From NCBI GenBank assembly GCA_043228905.1, contig JBHGNT010000005.1, positions 14,260,001 to 14,324,000 on the forward strand: DNA of 64,000 bases. The letters are read 5' to 3'. This DNA comes from Azolla caroliniana. Taxonomy: Eukaryota; Plantae; Polypodiophyta. Positions 30,514-45,624 of this stretch are shown here, piece after piece (position 1 is the stretch's first letter; each line of letters opens with the position of its first letter). The notes under the pieces were generated by a model. The model had not been told where the DNA came from, did no database searches, and worked only from the letters and a program-made list of their open reading frames with translations. A program made the translations under genes and the position numbers.

Positions 30514-33500
30514 AGGTATCAGAGCGTGTGGTTTAGAAAATCCACTAAGCCCGATTCCGTGATTGTGTGTTCGAAACACCGACAACAAATTCTGGCTATC
30601 CGCTATCGTAGTGCTACTACATATTACATGATCGAATGAAGAAAAGCCAAAGAAGAAAAAGAAGAGAAGACACTAATCAACATGAAAAGCTAGACTGGAG
30701 AAATTATTCATCTTGGGAGTACAAGATGAACCAATACCTTGTCGGCCAAGGGTATTGGAGCTACATCAACGGCGCACTCGAAACCAAACCCAACATCACA
30801 AACACCAACTACCCAACATGGTAGCAAGGAGCGAGTCGAGTAATGTATTGCTTGGTAACATGTGTCCATGACCACATGCTTCGCCACATTCGAGACGCCA
30901 AGATGCCTAAAGAAGCGTGGGCGAACTTAAAGAAAATTTTGGCTGCCAACACACCCGCCCGATAGCTTCAACTCCGACAAGAGTTGAACAACATTCGTCA
31001 AAAAGATATGTCTGTGTCGGACTACACCACCAAGATTAAGAGCATTTGCAATTCACTTGGTTCCATCACCATAAATGTCGACGAAGAGGAGATGGTTCAA
31101 GTATGCTTGGGTGGTCTCGCACAACGATTCGACTCATTGAGGACGGCAATCTTGGCGAGGAAAAACCCTCCTTCATTCTTCAACCTCCAATCAATGTTAT
31201 TGGTCGAAGAGAACCACATGTTAACCAAGGCCAAGACGTCGGAAAGACAAATGTTCTTCTCGAATTTTGATGGTGGTTGAGGACGAGGTCGAGGCGGTAG
31301 AAGAGGTCGATTCGACCCATCACACGAAGGGAACACAAACCTTCGACAACAAAACTGAAGCCATCGAGGAACCTTCGGAAGAAGGGGGAGCTTCCATGCT
31401 GAACCAAGTTAGCAAACATGGCCCGTAACTTGCTACTATTGAGGAGTGTCGGAAAAAGAGAAGTGAGTTGGCTTCGACAAGCCAACAACTCACAAATTAT
31501 GCCATCAACTCCAAATACAACGACTACGGTGGACTCTTTGTAATGAGACATAGAACGAACTCTATGTCAGCCTCCAATTCCACAAGCACCTCCAACTTGG
31601 AAGACGTGTGGTTTGTCAATTCCGGCGCCTCACATCACATGACATCCCACAAAGAGTGGTTCAGTGATTTGCGCACACTCAATCGACCCAGCTTCATAGA
31701 GACGGGAGACGACACCACACATCCCATTTGGCACATTGGCAATGTCCCATTCAGGAAAGCCGGCCAAAATAATTGCATCAAGAATGTCTTGCGCGTGCCC
31801 ACAATAACAAAGAATTTGGTCTCAGTCGGCCAAATCATGGAGCAAGGCATGCGAGTTCGTTTCAACAACGAAGGATGCTTCATCAAGAAAGATGGTCAAC
31901 TCATAGCAAAAGGACAGAGAGATGGTCAAATGTTCATCTTCAATTCGAACGAGGTGAAATCGGCCATGTATGCCAAAGGTCTCAAAACCGAGTCAAACAT
32001 CAAGTTGTGGCACAAGAGAATCGGCCACATCAACCTCCAATGGCTCCGAGCTATGCAAACAGAGGGATTCGTCATCGGACTTCCGACATTCAAGTTGAAA
32101 TGAGCCGACCGAGTGTGCGAAGCATGCCAACTCGGCAAACAACATCGACTCCCATTCCTGAAGGAGAGCTACGCAAGCAAAGGCCTCCTCGATGTCATAC
32201 ATTTAGATGTATGGGGACCGGCTCAAACGCCGACGATCGGCGGATGCCGATACTATGTCACATTCATCGACGACTACTCACGCTATACATGGATCTTCCC
32301 GATGAAGAAGAAGAACGAAGTGCTCTCCCACTTCCAAAAGCTCAAAAGCCAAGTCGAAAAAGAAACCAGTCAGCACACTCAATGCCTATGATTGGATGGA
32401 GGGAAGGAGTACTTCTCCAACGAATTCATCTACTACCTCCAAGGTGAAGGCATTTGGAGAGAATTCTCATGCCGACACACACCCCAACAAAAATGGAGTC
32501 GTCGAAAGGAAGAATTAGCAAATACTCGAGGTAGCACATGCCATGATGCATGAGAAGCACATACCGAACTTCTATTGGGCCGAAGTGGCATCCATGGCCG
32601 TCTATCTCATGAATCAATGCACCACTAATGGAGTGCATGAGCTAATTCCATACAAGCTCCTTGTCAGAAGGAAGCCGATCCTGTCACACCTCTTCAGAAG
32701 CATTGCGAATGTATGCATCCCGAACGAAAACCGACAAAATCCCGGCATGAAGTTGGAGAAATGTATCCTCATAGGATACTCGTCCGAGAAGGAGGCATAC
32801 AAGTGTTATAACCCTTCGACCCGAATGGTTCGGGTGAGTCGAGACATAGTCTTCGACGAATCAGCATCATGGTATGAGCCCGATTCAACTCCACCCCACC
32901 CGACCGAGGAAGAGTTGAACGTCAACTTGGAGGACAATATTCGGTCAAGTTCTTTACCAAAGGACAATCCAAGATCTAACGAGCTAAGTGGACCACCAAA
33001 GCCTTCAAGCGGCCAAGGCACGTCGCAGCCAAGTCTGAAATTGGACAAAGGCAAAGGTAAGAGGCACGAATACGAAGTCGACCACCCCGATGACAGTGAT
33101 TCGGATGTGTTGGCTCCCTCACTGGACAATGAGTTTGGTGTACCCATCATGCGGACACCTAGAGTAAAGAAGGAGCTCACATCGACGAGCGAAAAACTTG
33201 GACGTTCTTCTGGAGAGAAGAATCTTGTCACTCGGCTCGGCTACAACGAGTATATGTCCCATCATTATGCCTTCACGATGAAGGTAGCAACTGAACAAGA
33301 GCCCGAGACGGCTCATGACCCACAATGGGTGGAAGCAATCGGCCTTCGCCCACTTCAAACTACAAGCCTTCGTCACTGGCTTGATGTGGAGGAACTGAAA
33401 CTGCCTCGTAAAGGCCGAAGAAAGCCGAAGGTCGGACAAAAGCCGACGAAAGCCAAAGCGAACGTTAGACGCCTCACACTTTGAGGGGGCGTGTTGAGAT

Positions 33501-33875
33501 ATCAAGCTCAACTAGGTTTAGTTATTTAGTCAACTATGTAATTTCGTAGTTACCTATATAGAATCTAGTTAGAAGTGTTGATTATAAATCCTTAAATAGG
33601 ACCTTGTACTCAAGTGGGATATTCTAAATCCTCTACTCCTAAGTACATTTAATATAGGACTTACACCTTTGTACCTATATTCTCCTCACACATGTGCACC
33701 CTTGCACATGAGATCTATATATACCTCATTGTGGGTATTTTTGTATTTGATGATGCTTTTAATATAGTTAATCATCCCCCATCTTGTCTCATTGTTCATA
33801 GTGTTAATTTCCTCTCTCTTCCTCTCACACATATACACACACATATCACTTAATCTTCCGCTTAGCTTAATCACA
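30514..33875 (+). mobile_element. Truncated Ty1/copia G: PBS-iMet, gag-PR-INT, RT/RH deleted, 3' LTR ~33492-33875
   Basis: AGGTATCAGAGC 30514-30525; WFVNSGASHHMT, LWHKRIGH, FIDDYSR; PPT 33481-33491; LTR right end inferred. Confidence 0.85.
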
Positions 33876-34775
33876 TAATTAGGTACTAATTAACTTGTAG
33901 TTAATTACCTAATTCTTAACACTGAGTGACTAACACTAACTCCAAAAAATATGCCTATCTACTAGGCGAGGATTGTAGGTCTCCAACGGCCTACTGACCC
34001 TCGTGGATCTGGCTCATTGATCCGATCTGGGCCTAGCCAATCAGTCTTCACCCGATCTAGCCCATGTTGACCTTGCTTCTTGTGAAGTCAATTTTTGCTC
34101 GTAAGAAAAGACCGTGGCAAATACATTGGATGTTAAGGTGTATAAGAATAAAGCACGATATGAAATGTTCAAGAGTTCAAATACAAAGTAACTTGAAGGG
34201 ATATTAAGTTAGAGGCGTGTTTCAAAAGTAGAAAAAGCAGGAAAAAAGAAAAAGAAAAAAAGACGCAGAAAGCAAGGCAGAGAAAAAAGCTCATAACTTC
34301 TTCATCTCATATCCAAATTTCAAAAGAAAATATTCGTAAGAAAACTGACAAAGAGAGCTTTCTTGTATGATAAATTTGGGATGAAAGGTAAACTAATAAT
34401 ATAAAAAAACGACTCACATAAACTCGAGGATATGTAAAAATGAAAATAAAATAATAACACAACTAATAACCTAAAAATAGGAAGGCATTTCTTATCAATT
34501 AGGGGGTAGGAAGAATAAGAAGGCTAGAAGAAGTGAAAGGATTCTTAGTAGAAGAAAGAGAGAAGAAGGAAAGACTATTATTGACTAGGGTCATTAAGAT
34601 TAACGTAGTTCTTTGGTGGGGTTGCTCTTTTTAGAGTCCAAGAAGATTGTATTGTTTTCCTAATAGTATATTGAGGTATTATTTTCTCTTCTTCTTCTCT
34701 TCTCTATCATTTTTCTATCTCTCCTCATCATTTCTCAACATTTCCGCATAATAACTTTTTACAAAATGCAAGGTA

Positions 34776-35350
34776 GGTGGTAGAGCTAGGAAGGGGCAGA
34801 GTTGACTTGAAGATGAAGGCTAGGACTAGGATGTGGTCGGACATGGTCAAGGGCCTTGAAAAAGACGAATTGGAGATAGCCAATTTGGTCAGGAGCGGGA
34901 ACGAATCGAAGGCAACCGATCCGGTTGAAGGTAGTGATCCAGATGAGATGGATCATGTGAAGACCAAGTAGACAAGGAGATAGCCGAAGCCGACGTTGAT
35001 ACAAAGGAGTCGACGGGTCGAGGGGCGCCAATGCCACGATAGTGAGAGAGCTGATAAGGGCCTGAAGAGCAAGCATGTTGACCGTAGGGGTGTAGGTTCG
35101 TGGAACAGGACGAATCGAGGAGCATTGGACAAGTGGGGTCGTGGGACGCAGGACTGGACCAAACAAGGAGCACGAGCAAGGCATGAAGATGCCAGGAGAA
35201 GTCGAAGGCTAGGACCAACTAGAGCTAACACATCGGCACCTCAAGTTGAGCTTGAGGGGGAGTGTGGAGTGAACAAGCTCAACATGGGCCGATCGGCTAA
35301 ATAAGACAAAAGCCGAATTAGACATAGGTTGATTGGCTAGGTCCGCACCA
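34776..35350 (+). mobile_element. 3' remnant of an A-like copia (Pol extension, PPT, LTR start at 35263)
   Basis: KARTRMWSDMVKGL...QVELEGEC; CAAGTTGAGCTTGAGGGGGAG-TG. Confidence 0.75.
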
Positions 35351-36464
35351 GTTGAATAAGTCGTAAGCCTCGAACGCCTAACAGAAACCCAATTGTTAGC
35401 ATTCCATGCCCTCCTCGCAAAAAACGCAAAAGAAAAGGCATGGCGCATCAACAAGGTTAAGGAGAAAGATCAAGAAGAGGGGTACATGATCCTAAATTTT
35501 AGCCCCCAAAGACATAAGAAAAAACTCAAATGACGAAGCGAAGGACTGTACATTACGACCAGCATGTATGGAGTAATAGAGAGGTGAGGAAGTTGGGTCA
35601 TGAATCCAGGTCCTAACTCGAGACCTAAGATGATTGGTAGGGTGAGCTTATCACACAAAAAAAAAGAAACAACACAAGAGGTGGGCATGGAAAGTAAGAA
35701 AGTGTGGGCATTCATTCATTCATTCTTGTTGTTGTGTAATTAAGTAAAATAAAAGTTAATTACATAATGAATTCTGAGATGGAATTTGGGGGGCATAATA
35801 AAGAAGACGACGAAAGACATGTTTGTGTTGTAGCAGCAGAGAATTCAGCAGGAAACGCATCAGCCGAAGGGCACGGAGACCCCCCCCCCCCCCTTCAGGA
35901 ATAGTTTTTCCAACAGAAGAATAGTTGTCTCGGATCCTTCCTCTTTCGGTAAGCTCAGCTGTCATGCTATCCACTCATCATCTGTGAAGCAACGGATCCG
36001 ATCATATCATACCACAAAGTGAAATAACGAAAGGAGGTAAGTAAAGAAAGAAACAATGAATGAATGAATGAATGAATGAATGAGAGGTTAGATTGCTGTC
36101 TGCATCTGTAAAAGAGCTACTTACATATATATAAACGAACAAGGACATTGTTGTAGGTTGGATTGTTTGGCCTCGGCACATTACATACTTACATACACAC
36201 ACATACACGCATACACATATATAAAGCGAATGACAGAACATATGTTTGGCATTCCCAACATAACATATCGAATTAATGGAACAAGGGAGAAATTGTGATA
36301 TTTTCGATTGTTTGGTATTTGGCAAAAGCATGTATGTATGCAGCACATAAATTACACATACTTTACATATATAAGTTAATGAGAGAGCAATTATGGTAGG
36401 TTAGATTATTTTGGGCATCGGCAGAGACACACACACACACAGACATATATATTCAAAGTTGGAG

Positions 36465-39400
36465 ATGGATCCGGAGCAGACGTTTCTACGAGTACATACC
36501 CGCCTTTCAGGAATGCTTGCACAACTTATCAGCCCCAGACTCAGAGGCTTCCTGGAGCACCTCTGCTTAATTGTGGCCATTTTGTTGCTAACACTGCTAG
36601 CTGTGATGCATATGAACTTTGTGTCCCAGGTATGCTTAGGATTGGTTTTTTCTCAAATTTCATAGTTTTTACTTTTTTTGTGAGCACTTCCTTGAAGGTA
36701 AGTCAGGCCAGTCTACTGTTTTTAGAAGCTTAGTTTGAAAAATATGTTATATTGTTTTTCCTAATGAAAAACATTAAGAAAATCATATAACAAAATTGTT
36801 TGGAAAACACTTCTTTGGTAAGTCAAGTTTGTCGATTGTTTTTGAGAAGTGTAGCTTGAAAACTGTGTTACTTGATTTTCTTAATGAAACATTGCCTTTC
36901 TGAAATACTTAGGCTGGGTGTGCAAAAGAGTTATCAGGTGATCAGGTTGCTGAAGCTGATCTTTTGCAAATCAAGGTGGGTTGAATACGTGCTCTCTATT
37001 GTGGTTGGTTTTGAATTTAATTCAGCAACAAACTGTTGTTTACTCTAAGCAGATGGTTGAGCATGGACTATGGTCGAAAAAGACATTTAGTGAGTCATTG
37101 GATGACATATATGCAGATACACAATCATCAGCTTCACAGCGAGTGAATATATCAATTCTGACGGGGAGATCTTGGTTGCGTTGGTTCTTATCATGTGGTT
37201 TAAGAGGCATTTGGAGGAAGACTGCTGCACCAGGTACTCATGTTGTAGGCGATTGCACAAAAGTTGGTGATGCAGATGGTAGTATGGATAGTGATGCTGA
37301 GAGAGAGGCAGCTTTATTACAGCTGTGGGATAGTTGGACGTTGTACAGTGCCACATGGCTTGCAAAAGTTGGCGATGTAGCAAGAAGATTCGCAAAATTT
37401 TGGGTAGGGAACACACTGCTTCAAAGGATATCTAACAAGTTGGTATGAGTATGCAAATGAACAGTTTTTTGAAATTGCAGAGGAATGCTGGAAGAGAGTT
37501 ACTATTCTCGGATGGATCTCATGCATTCAGCCAGAAAGATCATGCATCAGGTGGTCCCTATATTCATGGCATTAATTTATGACCCTTAGATGTGTGATTC
37601 AGTTGTTTTGCATTCTTTTCTTTGGAAATACACTTTCTTTCAACTCTATAATGCATGACAATTTTCGAAGCAACTTGGAACTTGAGAAAAAAAATATTTG
37701 GGTGAAATTAAAAAAGCATGTAATGGACATTTGATGAAAATGAAATTTACATCTTCATTAAGTAATCTATGTCATCTGGCTTACAATGCCTCTGGTAGAA
37801 ACAGAAAAATATATGTGCATGTTAATGGAGCTATATATGGCATAAGTTTAATGCATGTTATACGTTATTTCCATCCCATTAATTCATGCACTTGTACCTG
37901 ATTTCTGTGGTGAACCTTTGTGGCTTCTCTATAACCAGCCCATTCTTTACAAACCATTCATTCAGTTCGTGGTCTAATGTTGCCATGTCTAGCTTCAAGT
38001 TAAAATCTCTTCCTAATGTGTGGAACCAGCTTTTCTCTCTCTTCATCTTTTCATCTCTTAAGTTTCTCCTTACCTATGATCCAGAAGCATTGGTGTAGGA
38101 AAGGGATTCTGAAGCAGAAGCATGCAAGTTCATGCATACGATGTTGTGGACATTGGAATTTGGTGGTTTGTTTTAGCTTGACCTAGAGATGACAAGGACG
38201 TGAGCCCCTTTACCGAGATGTTCAGGATAATCAAGTAGCCAGAACTGTTTCTGGAGGGCTGTTATGTGAACATTCCTGTTCTTTCATTGAGTTGTTTCTA
38301 AAGGATATCATATACATGTTTAGAATCTATTATATCTTGGAACCTTTAGGCCTACCTGGGTATAATGCTGAATACATAGTGTACTACTCAATGAATGAAC
38401 TGCATGATGATTTTATTATTTTGTATTAATGCTAGATACTAAATTGTGATGTCGAAGTCATTGATCTTCTATAATTTTTGCAGTTGAGGGAGCAAATGAT
38501 GCTTTTGAACCGGTATATATGTTTAGTGTGCAAAGGGTAAGGTCATTCAGCGGACTTGTTCTCATATCCGAATATTCTTCTTGTTGCTTACAGATTCTTG
38601 TGTTCTGAGGAATAATGTCCAGTCTAAAGCAGTATAATGTGGTTTGCAATGTTTAGATAACCTATACATAAATTGTTTCATATGATTAACTATTGTTATC
38701 TGAGAAGTAAATTTCTGGCAATGAGATCTGGTTTGGTTGACATTTCTGTAACTTAGGACTTCCTAAACCATGGCTTCTGTTATTTGAGTAGAAACAAATG
38801 CTGGGAATTTCTAAGGTGGAATATTTAGGGAAACAGTGGAGAAACCACATCTTATATCATGCCCATTGTACACGTTTATTTTGGGGTGATTGGTCTGTAG
38901 GTTTATGCTCTATGGACTTACAGATTCCAGAAAATATATTTCTTTGGATTTTTAATTGCAAGTAAAAGATTGATAGCATTGGATGCAGGCTTAGTCATTG
39001 TAACCTTGCTCATCATAGATACATTCCATTTGAAAGTTTTTCTGTAAAGATAATCTTTTGATTTCTTGATATGTTTCAGGGTTATTTGCTGCTACCTGAA
39101 GATGCCAAGTCTCGGCACAATGTGCACACAATGAACATAAGCATGTCTGCTCGAAATTCCTGTTTTGGAAATAGGTAATTGAATATTTTTGTGATTACAT
39201 AAATAGGGCTCTGATTATACTTATTCAAATGCATTTTTAATCTTTGATGGTTGTCTCTCACAGATGGCAACAATTATTGATAAATAGTCTTGTTGGATAT
39301 GATACAATTCTCATGAATAGTTTATTGGAAGCAGTAGGGGAAGGTAATTTTTCCTTTATGTGAGCTCTGGTAGAGATTATTTTAACTTGTCTTTAGGATG

Positions 39401-42400
39401 CTTAATGCTCTCTTATTTCAAAATTTAGGCTACTTGTACAACTATCAAACAAAGGAACTATATGATCTGAACTATCCCCAAGAAGCAAGGGGCACTCCAA
39501 GCAGTTTCCAAGGTCACCTTATGCTTTGTTAATATGGAAAATAGTTAATGAGGTTGACACAGGTGCATAAAGAAAAATTTGTGACGAGGTCTGTCCATCA
39601 GCTTCTGTATGAACGCACACAATGGCTCAATCTCCCACTGAACCATACTTTTTTCTTTGCAGGATATGTCATTTCCAAATGTGGAGTTCTTCTTATGTCT
39701 CTATTTGTGTTCTTCACAACAACTATGTCTGTTTCTTTCACTCTCCGGGAAACTCAAGCTCGCATGCTCAAATTCACTGGTAATGTTCTATCTTATAATG
39801 CCATTATCTCAATTTATCCCCATGATTGTAAACCTCGTCCCAATACATGCAGTTCAGCTTCAATACCACGCTCGACACCGGTTACCAACCTTCCGCCTGA
39901 TTTTTGTACATGTTATTGAATCCTTGGTTTTTGTCCCAGTAAGTTTCTCTCCTTAGCTCATCATATTTTATCTCTGGTTTTTTGCTTGAATATGCAAATG
40001 TACTCTCCATTCTGGATTGATCTATGCTAGCGATCTTTTGAAGACATGTGCAGATAACAAGATTCTTTAGTCTCTTGTATCTTATTTACTTTTTTGTCTA
40101 CTTAATAATATTTATTTTATTTCGATTTGTTGTTCTCAAAGACAAGACAAGACTTACGATGCAATCTCTTGTTTGGTCTCATAGGCCATTTTGCCCTATT
40201 AAAAGATGTTAATATATATCTTTCTTTCTACGACATCCTGAACACAGCCTCTCGTCCCCCACCCACATAGCTCACACCCATATGAATCCACCTTTTACTA
40301 CACAGAAGGTGAGAGATGCCTTTGATCAGTTAGAATGTGGAAATGCCCAACATCATGATGAATTGGTAGGAGAGTATTTGATCTATACCACAATTCCTTG
40401 GTCTCGCGTATTTCGCATTCATCTTTAATAGAGCTACTTATATGTGTACGGATATTCATGTGTGGAGATCTCATGATACCTAGAAATTATAAGACTATCA
40501 TGGTTGGCTATTGCTTGGTAAACCATATGATTTGATCCTAAAGGTGCTTGCAATTTTGATTACATATTGACCCTTCAAGGCCTTATTGAGGGAAGAGGCA
40601 ATAAAAGGAGAACCCACTGTTGTCCGTGTTCAGTTCATGCAGTGACTAGAAGCCCGTTGTATCCTGGTGTATATGCAATAGGGAATGTATGCATTATATG
40701 AAGCAGTATCTGGGAGTGTGCTATCTTATTGGGTTGTCAGAGGTTGTGCCTTGCATAATTGGAGTAAAACAAAGATGCCCACTATCACACCCACTATTTT
40801 AGTCATTATATAGATGATATATCTAATTATATGAAGAGAATTAAGTGGTTCAGGAGCATGCCTGACAGGGTTATCCATATCAATATTTTTCCGTGAAGAT
40901 GACGTTTTGTTGATCCGTGACTTTGTTGAGAGACTACAAAAACATGTAAAATGCTTTAAAATCATTTGTATAGACAAAGATGTGGCAGTAAACTCTGATA
41001 AACTTAAAGTGATGGTGTTTAACACCACTCAAGAATGGGTGACAAGAGCAGAAGCAGAATTCTTTTTGGAAAAGGAAATGGTGGCATACACATGATCCTA
41101 CACCTATAGGAGTAACATTCATTGGGCCTCAGTTCTCTGTCACCTTTGCTCAACTTTTGCATGGGTATACAACCATTTGTGCACTTGAAAGACAACATGC
41201 ACGTATACAATTCCAAGAACCACAAACTAAATTGTCGTTTGATATACTTGCAATACCTAATCTTCTATAAGAAGTCAAAATTTGGGGACCAAGCTTCATA
41301 GGGCTCATAACTGAACAGATTTGGAGAAACCTCTTGTCTTGATGATTGCTGGCATTATAAAAAGGAAAGCATCAATGCCCTGAGCAGAAATGAGAGCAGC
41401 CCCAATAGTGACTGGGGCATTATGCTAATTGGTGATTGATATTATCCAAGAAATTTGGAAGCTCCCTAAGCAAAATTACTCAAGATTGGCACTTATGTCA
41501 TCAAAAACTGGTTGAACATGGAGATAATTATTTGTTGGTATGCTGAGATGCAAGAATTGTTCCAGGTACATGGCATAAGTATAAATGCATTATCCCCATT
41601 TGATGATAAGGCACTCTCTATGTAGGTCGTTGGATACACATTATATTTGCCATTTGTCCGGTTTTTATGAAATAAGAGGGAGATACTCTTGTCTTGTCAA
41701 GCAAGGCTTGGGCCCACTACCTGAAGTAATGGATAATGAAGACCAATGGTGTTTGGGACTGTTCTTGCTAGAACTCAAGTGACAGAATTTGTTTGACAAC
41801 AATATGCCTCAAATATCTCATCCACAAAGCACCATCACAACTTTCTTAGCGTTGACAGTGAGGAAATGAGATGCAATATTAACAATATAAAATGCTAAAT
41901 TGACCTCTGAGACCAATGCTACAATCATATCATATATGCTGCTATAAAGGATGGATAAGAGTACTAAAGAAAATAGTAACAAGAAGTCAATCCCATAAAC
42001 AAGTAGTTTGGTACAATGGATAGAAGTGGTGATGAAACATATGCATGTTGTCCTTATAGGTCTCTGTTTAGTGTTTGAAGTATGCATTGATTATACACGA
42101 GCGATTAATGATCCTCTATATCCATCTGTTTCATATTTGAATTAGGTTTCAAGCAGAAGGCATCAAGGCCGATAGTCACATAAGGATTCATTTTGTATAA
42201 ATTACACATGGATATTGTGCTTGATTTTGCAGATAATGATTGGGATCCTCTTTTTCTTATTCGAGTTTTATGAAGACCAGCTGTTGGCTTTTATGGTTCT
42301 TACCTTGGTCTGGCTGTGCGAATTGTTTACAATGATCAGGTTTTATATGTGATGTTTTTTATATTAATATAGATTTTTATTTTGACTTGCTAACTGGGTT

Positions 42401-43644
42401 CTTTGTGTACAGTGTACGGACACCGGTGTCGATGCAATATTTTCCAAGATTCTTCTTTTTATACTTCATGATTTTCCATATTTACTTTTTCTCTTATGAG
42501 TATGGTAAGTAGTCTGTTGTGAAGTTTTCTTCCTAATATATTTCTTGTTAGTTAACATTATCAGCATCATTTTAGCATGATTTCCCCACCTAGCATTCTC
42601 ACATGATGTTGACATTTGATTTCCCTACCTAGATTTCTCGATGAGATGTTCTTTACAAAGTGTCCTTTTTTCTAATGTATTTCTTGTTAGTTGACATGAT
42701 TTTGATAAATTTGTCAGGATTTTCCTACTTAGCATTCTCTACAACTGCTGCATTTATGCAACATCTAGTTTTGTACTTCTGGAATCACTTTGAGGTTAGC
42801 ACCAACGGTTTTTCAATTTAATATATAATTTTAATAGAAATATTCCAGCTATTAGTGGATGGTTTTCATCGAATAAAAAACAAAGATTACTGAGGTGTAT
42901 GTCATGTGGACATTTGGGTGCCGTGAGACCTAAATCTTCTATTTTCAAAGGTGGGATAATATGTTACAGGTACCAGCTTTACAGAGATTTATGAGGGCGA
43001 GGACATTCTTCCAGCAGCCTGGTGTGCAGATCACATCATCAGCCATTATCACATCTACTTTGCATGTTTCAGGAGTAACTCCAGCAGGGTTTGAACCCAC
43101 CACACAGACTACTAATTTGGCCACGTCAGTACAACATAACGGGATTGAGGAAAATCCGAGGAACCTAAGCTTTCTGCGCCACTTACGGAGATCTGAGTCC
43201 TCACAGGTGTGGACAGACAGTGCTGTTGATCAAATATGGTTAGATCACTTGAATAGTAGCAACAATGCTGTAGTAGAATCCAATCGACATGTTGGTGATG
43301 GTAGTCAAGGGGATGGTAGTAGTGCTATGATGAGCCATGTGGTAGATTCACCAAGCACTCAAGACACTAATATTGGGCAGGATAGCCTTGATACATCCAC
43401 AGAAAGAACACTGCCTCCAGTTGCAGCTTTAAATTCCTTTGGTTCAGTCTTGCTATGGATTTTAGGAGGTCCATCAGTGCACTTGTCTGCATATCTACCA
43501 CCGATGTTTCGTGATACAAGCCAAGAGAATCACCCTCCCCTTCATGAAGGTAATGCCTCCCAACAATCTCAAGAGAGCGAAGGGGGGCTTCAAAGGTTAC
43601 GAAGACGTGTTAGGAATATGTTGGAAAATGATAGAAACTTATAA
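36465..43644 (+). CDS. TMEM259: Membralin (TMEM259-like ER membrane protein). Exons: 36465-36629, 36913-36975, 37053-37403, 37481-37550, 38484-38536, 39080-39174, 39264-39343, 39429-39512, 39663-39779, 39853-39938, 42233-42339, 42413-42504, 42718-42794, 42970-43644
   Basis: MDPEQTFLRVH..MHMNFV, LINSLVGYDTILMNSL, SFTLRETQARMLKFT, IMIGILFFLFEFYEDQLLAF, YFWNHFEVPAL; GT-AG introns with consistent phases; exons 3-4 least certain. Confidence 0.9.
40300..41800 (+). mobile_element. Highly decayed non-LTR (LINE) RT relic in the large membralin intron
   Basis: GVKQRCPLS, FFREDDVLL (FADD-like), VNSDKLKVMVFN, TYIGVTF in the expected order; boundaries approximate. Confidence 0.65.
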
Positions 43645-44719
43645 ATGTGGTTAAATTATTCTTTTAAGGCGAATAATTTCATGTCTTTGTGTTTGGCTTG
43701 TCAAATTTGTGCTCGTTCATAATATTTTAGATCTTGGTCAGTATATGGAATGCATGTAAGCAAGTTTACTTACGTCATGATAGGAAAAGAGACTCTTGAT
43801 GTAAGAGGGATCCCTAGAAAGATAAGTTTTACTAGCATTGGTTGATTCATAGAGCAAACTATAGCAAAATATGCTTGTATTTCCCTTAGAAGATCTTTGA
43901 ATCCCCCCTGCCTGTACCAAACCTTTCATCTGATTACAACATGGTTTCTAGAAAAGCAACAAGTTGAGCCAGTATGGAGGTCCTTATATGCAACAAAAAG
44001 GAACCCAGGGAAGATTAAACTTAATGAACAAGATACAAAGTCGCACAATGAATCTTAAAGTTTAGCATAAAATAGCAATTGTACTCAAAAGTTGTTATGT
44101 AGCTACTAAGGTTTGGATTGAATGGCCAGATGATGAAATTAAATTAATTCATATAATTTGATTTATAAATTTAAGTTTATTGTTACTTTGACCCTTAACC
44201 TATGATGGTGTTTACTTTGCTGATTAATTGTTCTAGGGATTATGTGGGGTAATAACTTATGGTTGGTGGGATGAGAGAAAGAGGGCGTTAATGAATCTTG
44301 GGCATATTGATGAACCAAAAACTAGCCTCACTTGGTGCACACTTGTCTCACACTCATTAATTACTTGATTTAATGTGTAATTATAAGACATGAACCTATG
44401 TTTTCAAAACTAATTAATAACTTGTTAAAAGACATGACCTACATTTTCAAAACTAGTTAGTAATTGGTGTGTTCTTACTCTCTAGAAACATAGTTAGATA
44501 CTCGGTCATTGAGTACCCCTTCCCCAAAGGATCGTGATTGGAGGAATGGATCTAATAGACCACAACAAATAACAACTAATTGGATTGGTTATGGTTTAAA
44601 TGACTATCAACACAAATAGATTTTACTACAGTTGGATCGGCTAATACATGATATGATGTTTGTGTCGGTTACACCACCGAATCGGTTAAACACTCAAAGA
44701 ACAAAAATTAATAAACTTA

Positions 44720-45600
44720 TTGATTGTTTGATTCGGCTTCCCCTTGTCATCTTTCTTCTCCTAAGGGTAACACATGGAAAATTTATGGGATAGTGCCTTG
44801 CTTGTCGAACCCACAGTACCCTTCAATTATCTTCCAAAATATTCAAAATACTCGGCTCTTCTTGAGTTGGCTCCTCGTTGTCTTTATTTTGATTCTTCTT
44901 TTTCTCTGGTTCAGCTTGTATCAACTCCTCTATGACATTATCTCCGTCGGTGATCGGCTGTTGTTCCTCTCTTGACTGATTCTCCTCAGCTTCTCATATC
45001 GATTGCTCGGCTTCGACATTCTAGATTGACTTTGGTGGTTCTTCTCTAGCAACATTCGACTACTCCTGATTATCTCTTGGCTCTTTGGCTAGCTATCGTT
45101 CCTTTTGCTCGTTAGGAAGTTCCTCATTCTCATCGGCATCACTAATTATCACACGTTCGATTTGGGCTTCATCCAACTGTTCCTTGGTCGGTTGCGTCCT
45201 TACTGTTTCATATGCTTCAAGTTCCATCGCGAATTGAAATTGATCATCATTGAATTCCTCCAGCAACTTTCGGATCTCTTTAGAAAGGACTTGGGCTTGC
45301 GCATAGAAATCTTCTGTCAGATCTTCTCTAATCCTATTAATGCACTACTTGTCCATCTTATAAAATCCCGTGCCAGTATTTTGTCGATTTTCGTAATCTG
45401 CCTTGAATGTTTGCAATTCTACCTCTTGTGTCGACCATTCTCGCCATAGTATTGTCGAACTATCTTCGATTCTTTTCTCTAACTGACTTGTTTGTCGTTC
45501 CACAATGGCCTTAATTCTTTTTGTATCCATCTCTGCTTGTGCCTGTGCCGCCAACTTTTCTTGTTTGAACACTTAATTGTGCTTATTGTCGATCGATCTC
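44720..45600 (-). pseudogene. Decayed coiled-coil coding relic, probably TE gag-like
   Basis: E/K/Q-rich broken frame on the minus strand; no diagnostic motif. Confidence 0.3.
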
Positions 45601-45624
45601 ACAGTTCATAATTCTGCAATAGTA

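Noticed and set aside
34131-34740. TG...CA-bounded AT-rich segment as a solo LTR
   Set aside because: No matching TSD or second copy in the window
37443-37480. Alternative membralin donor at 37443
   Set aside because: Would give a 38-nt intron; the donor at 37404 (77 nt) is more plausible
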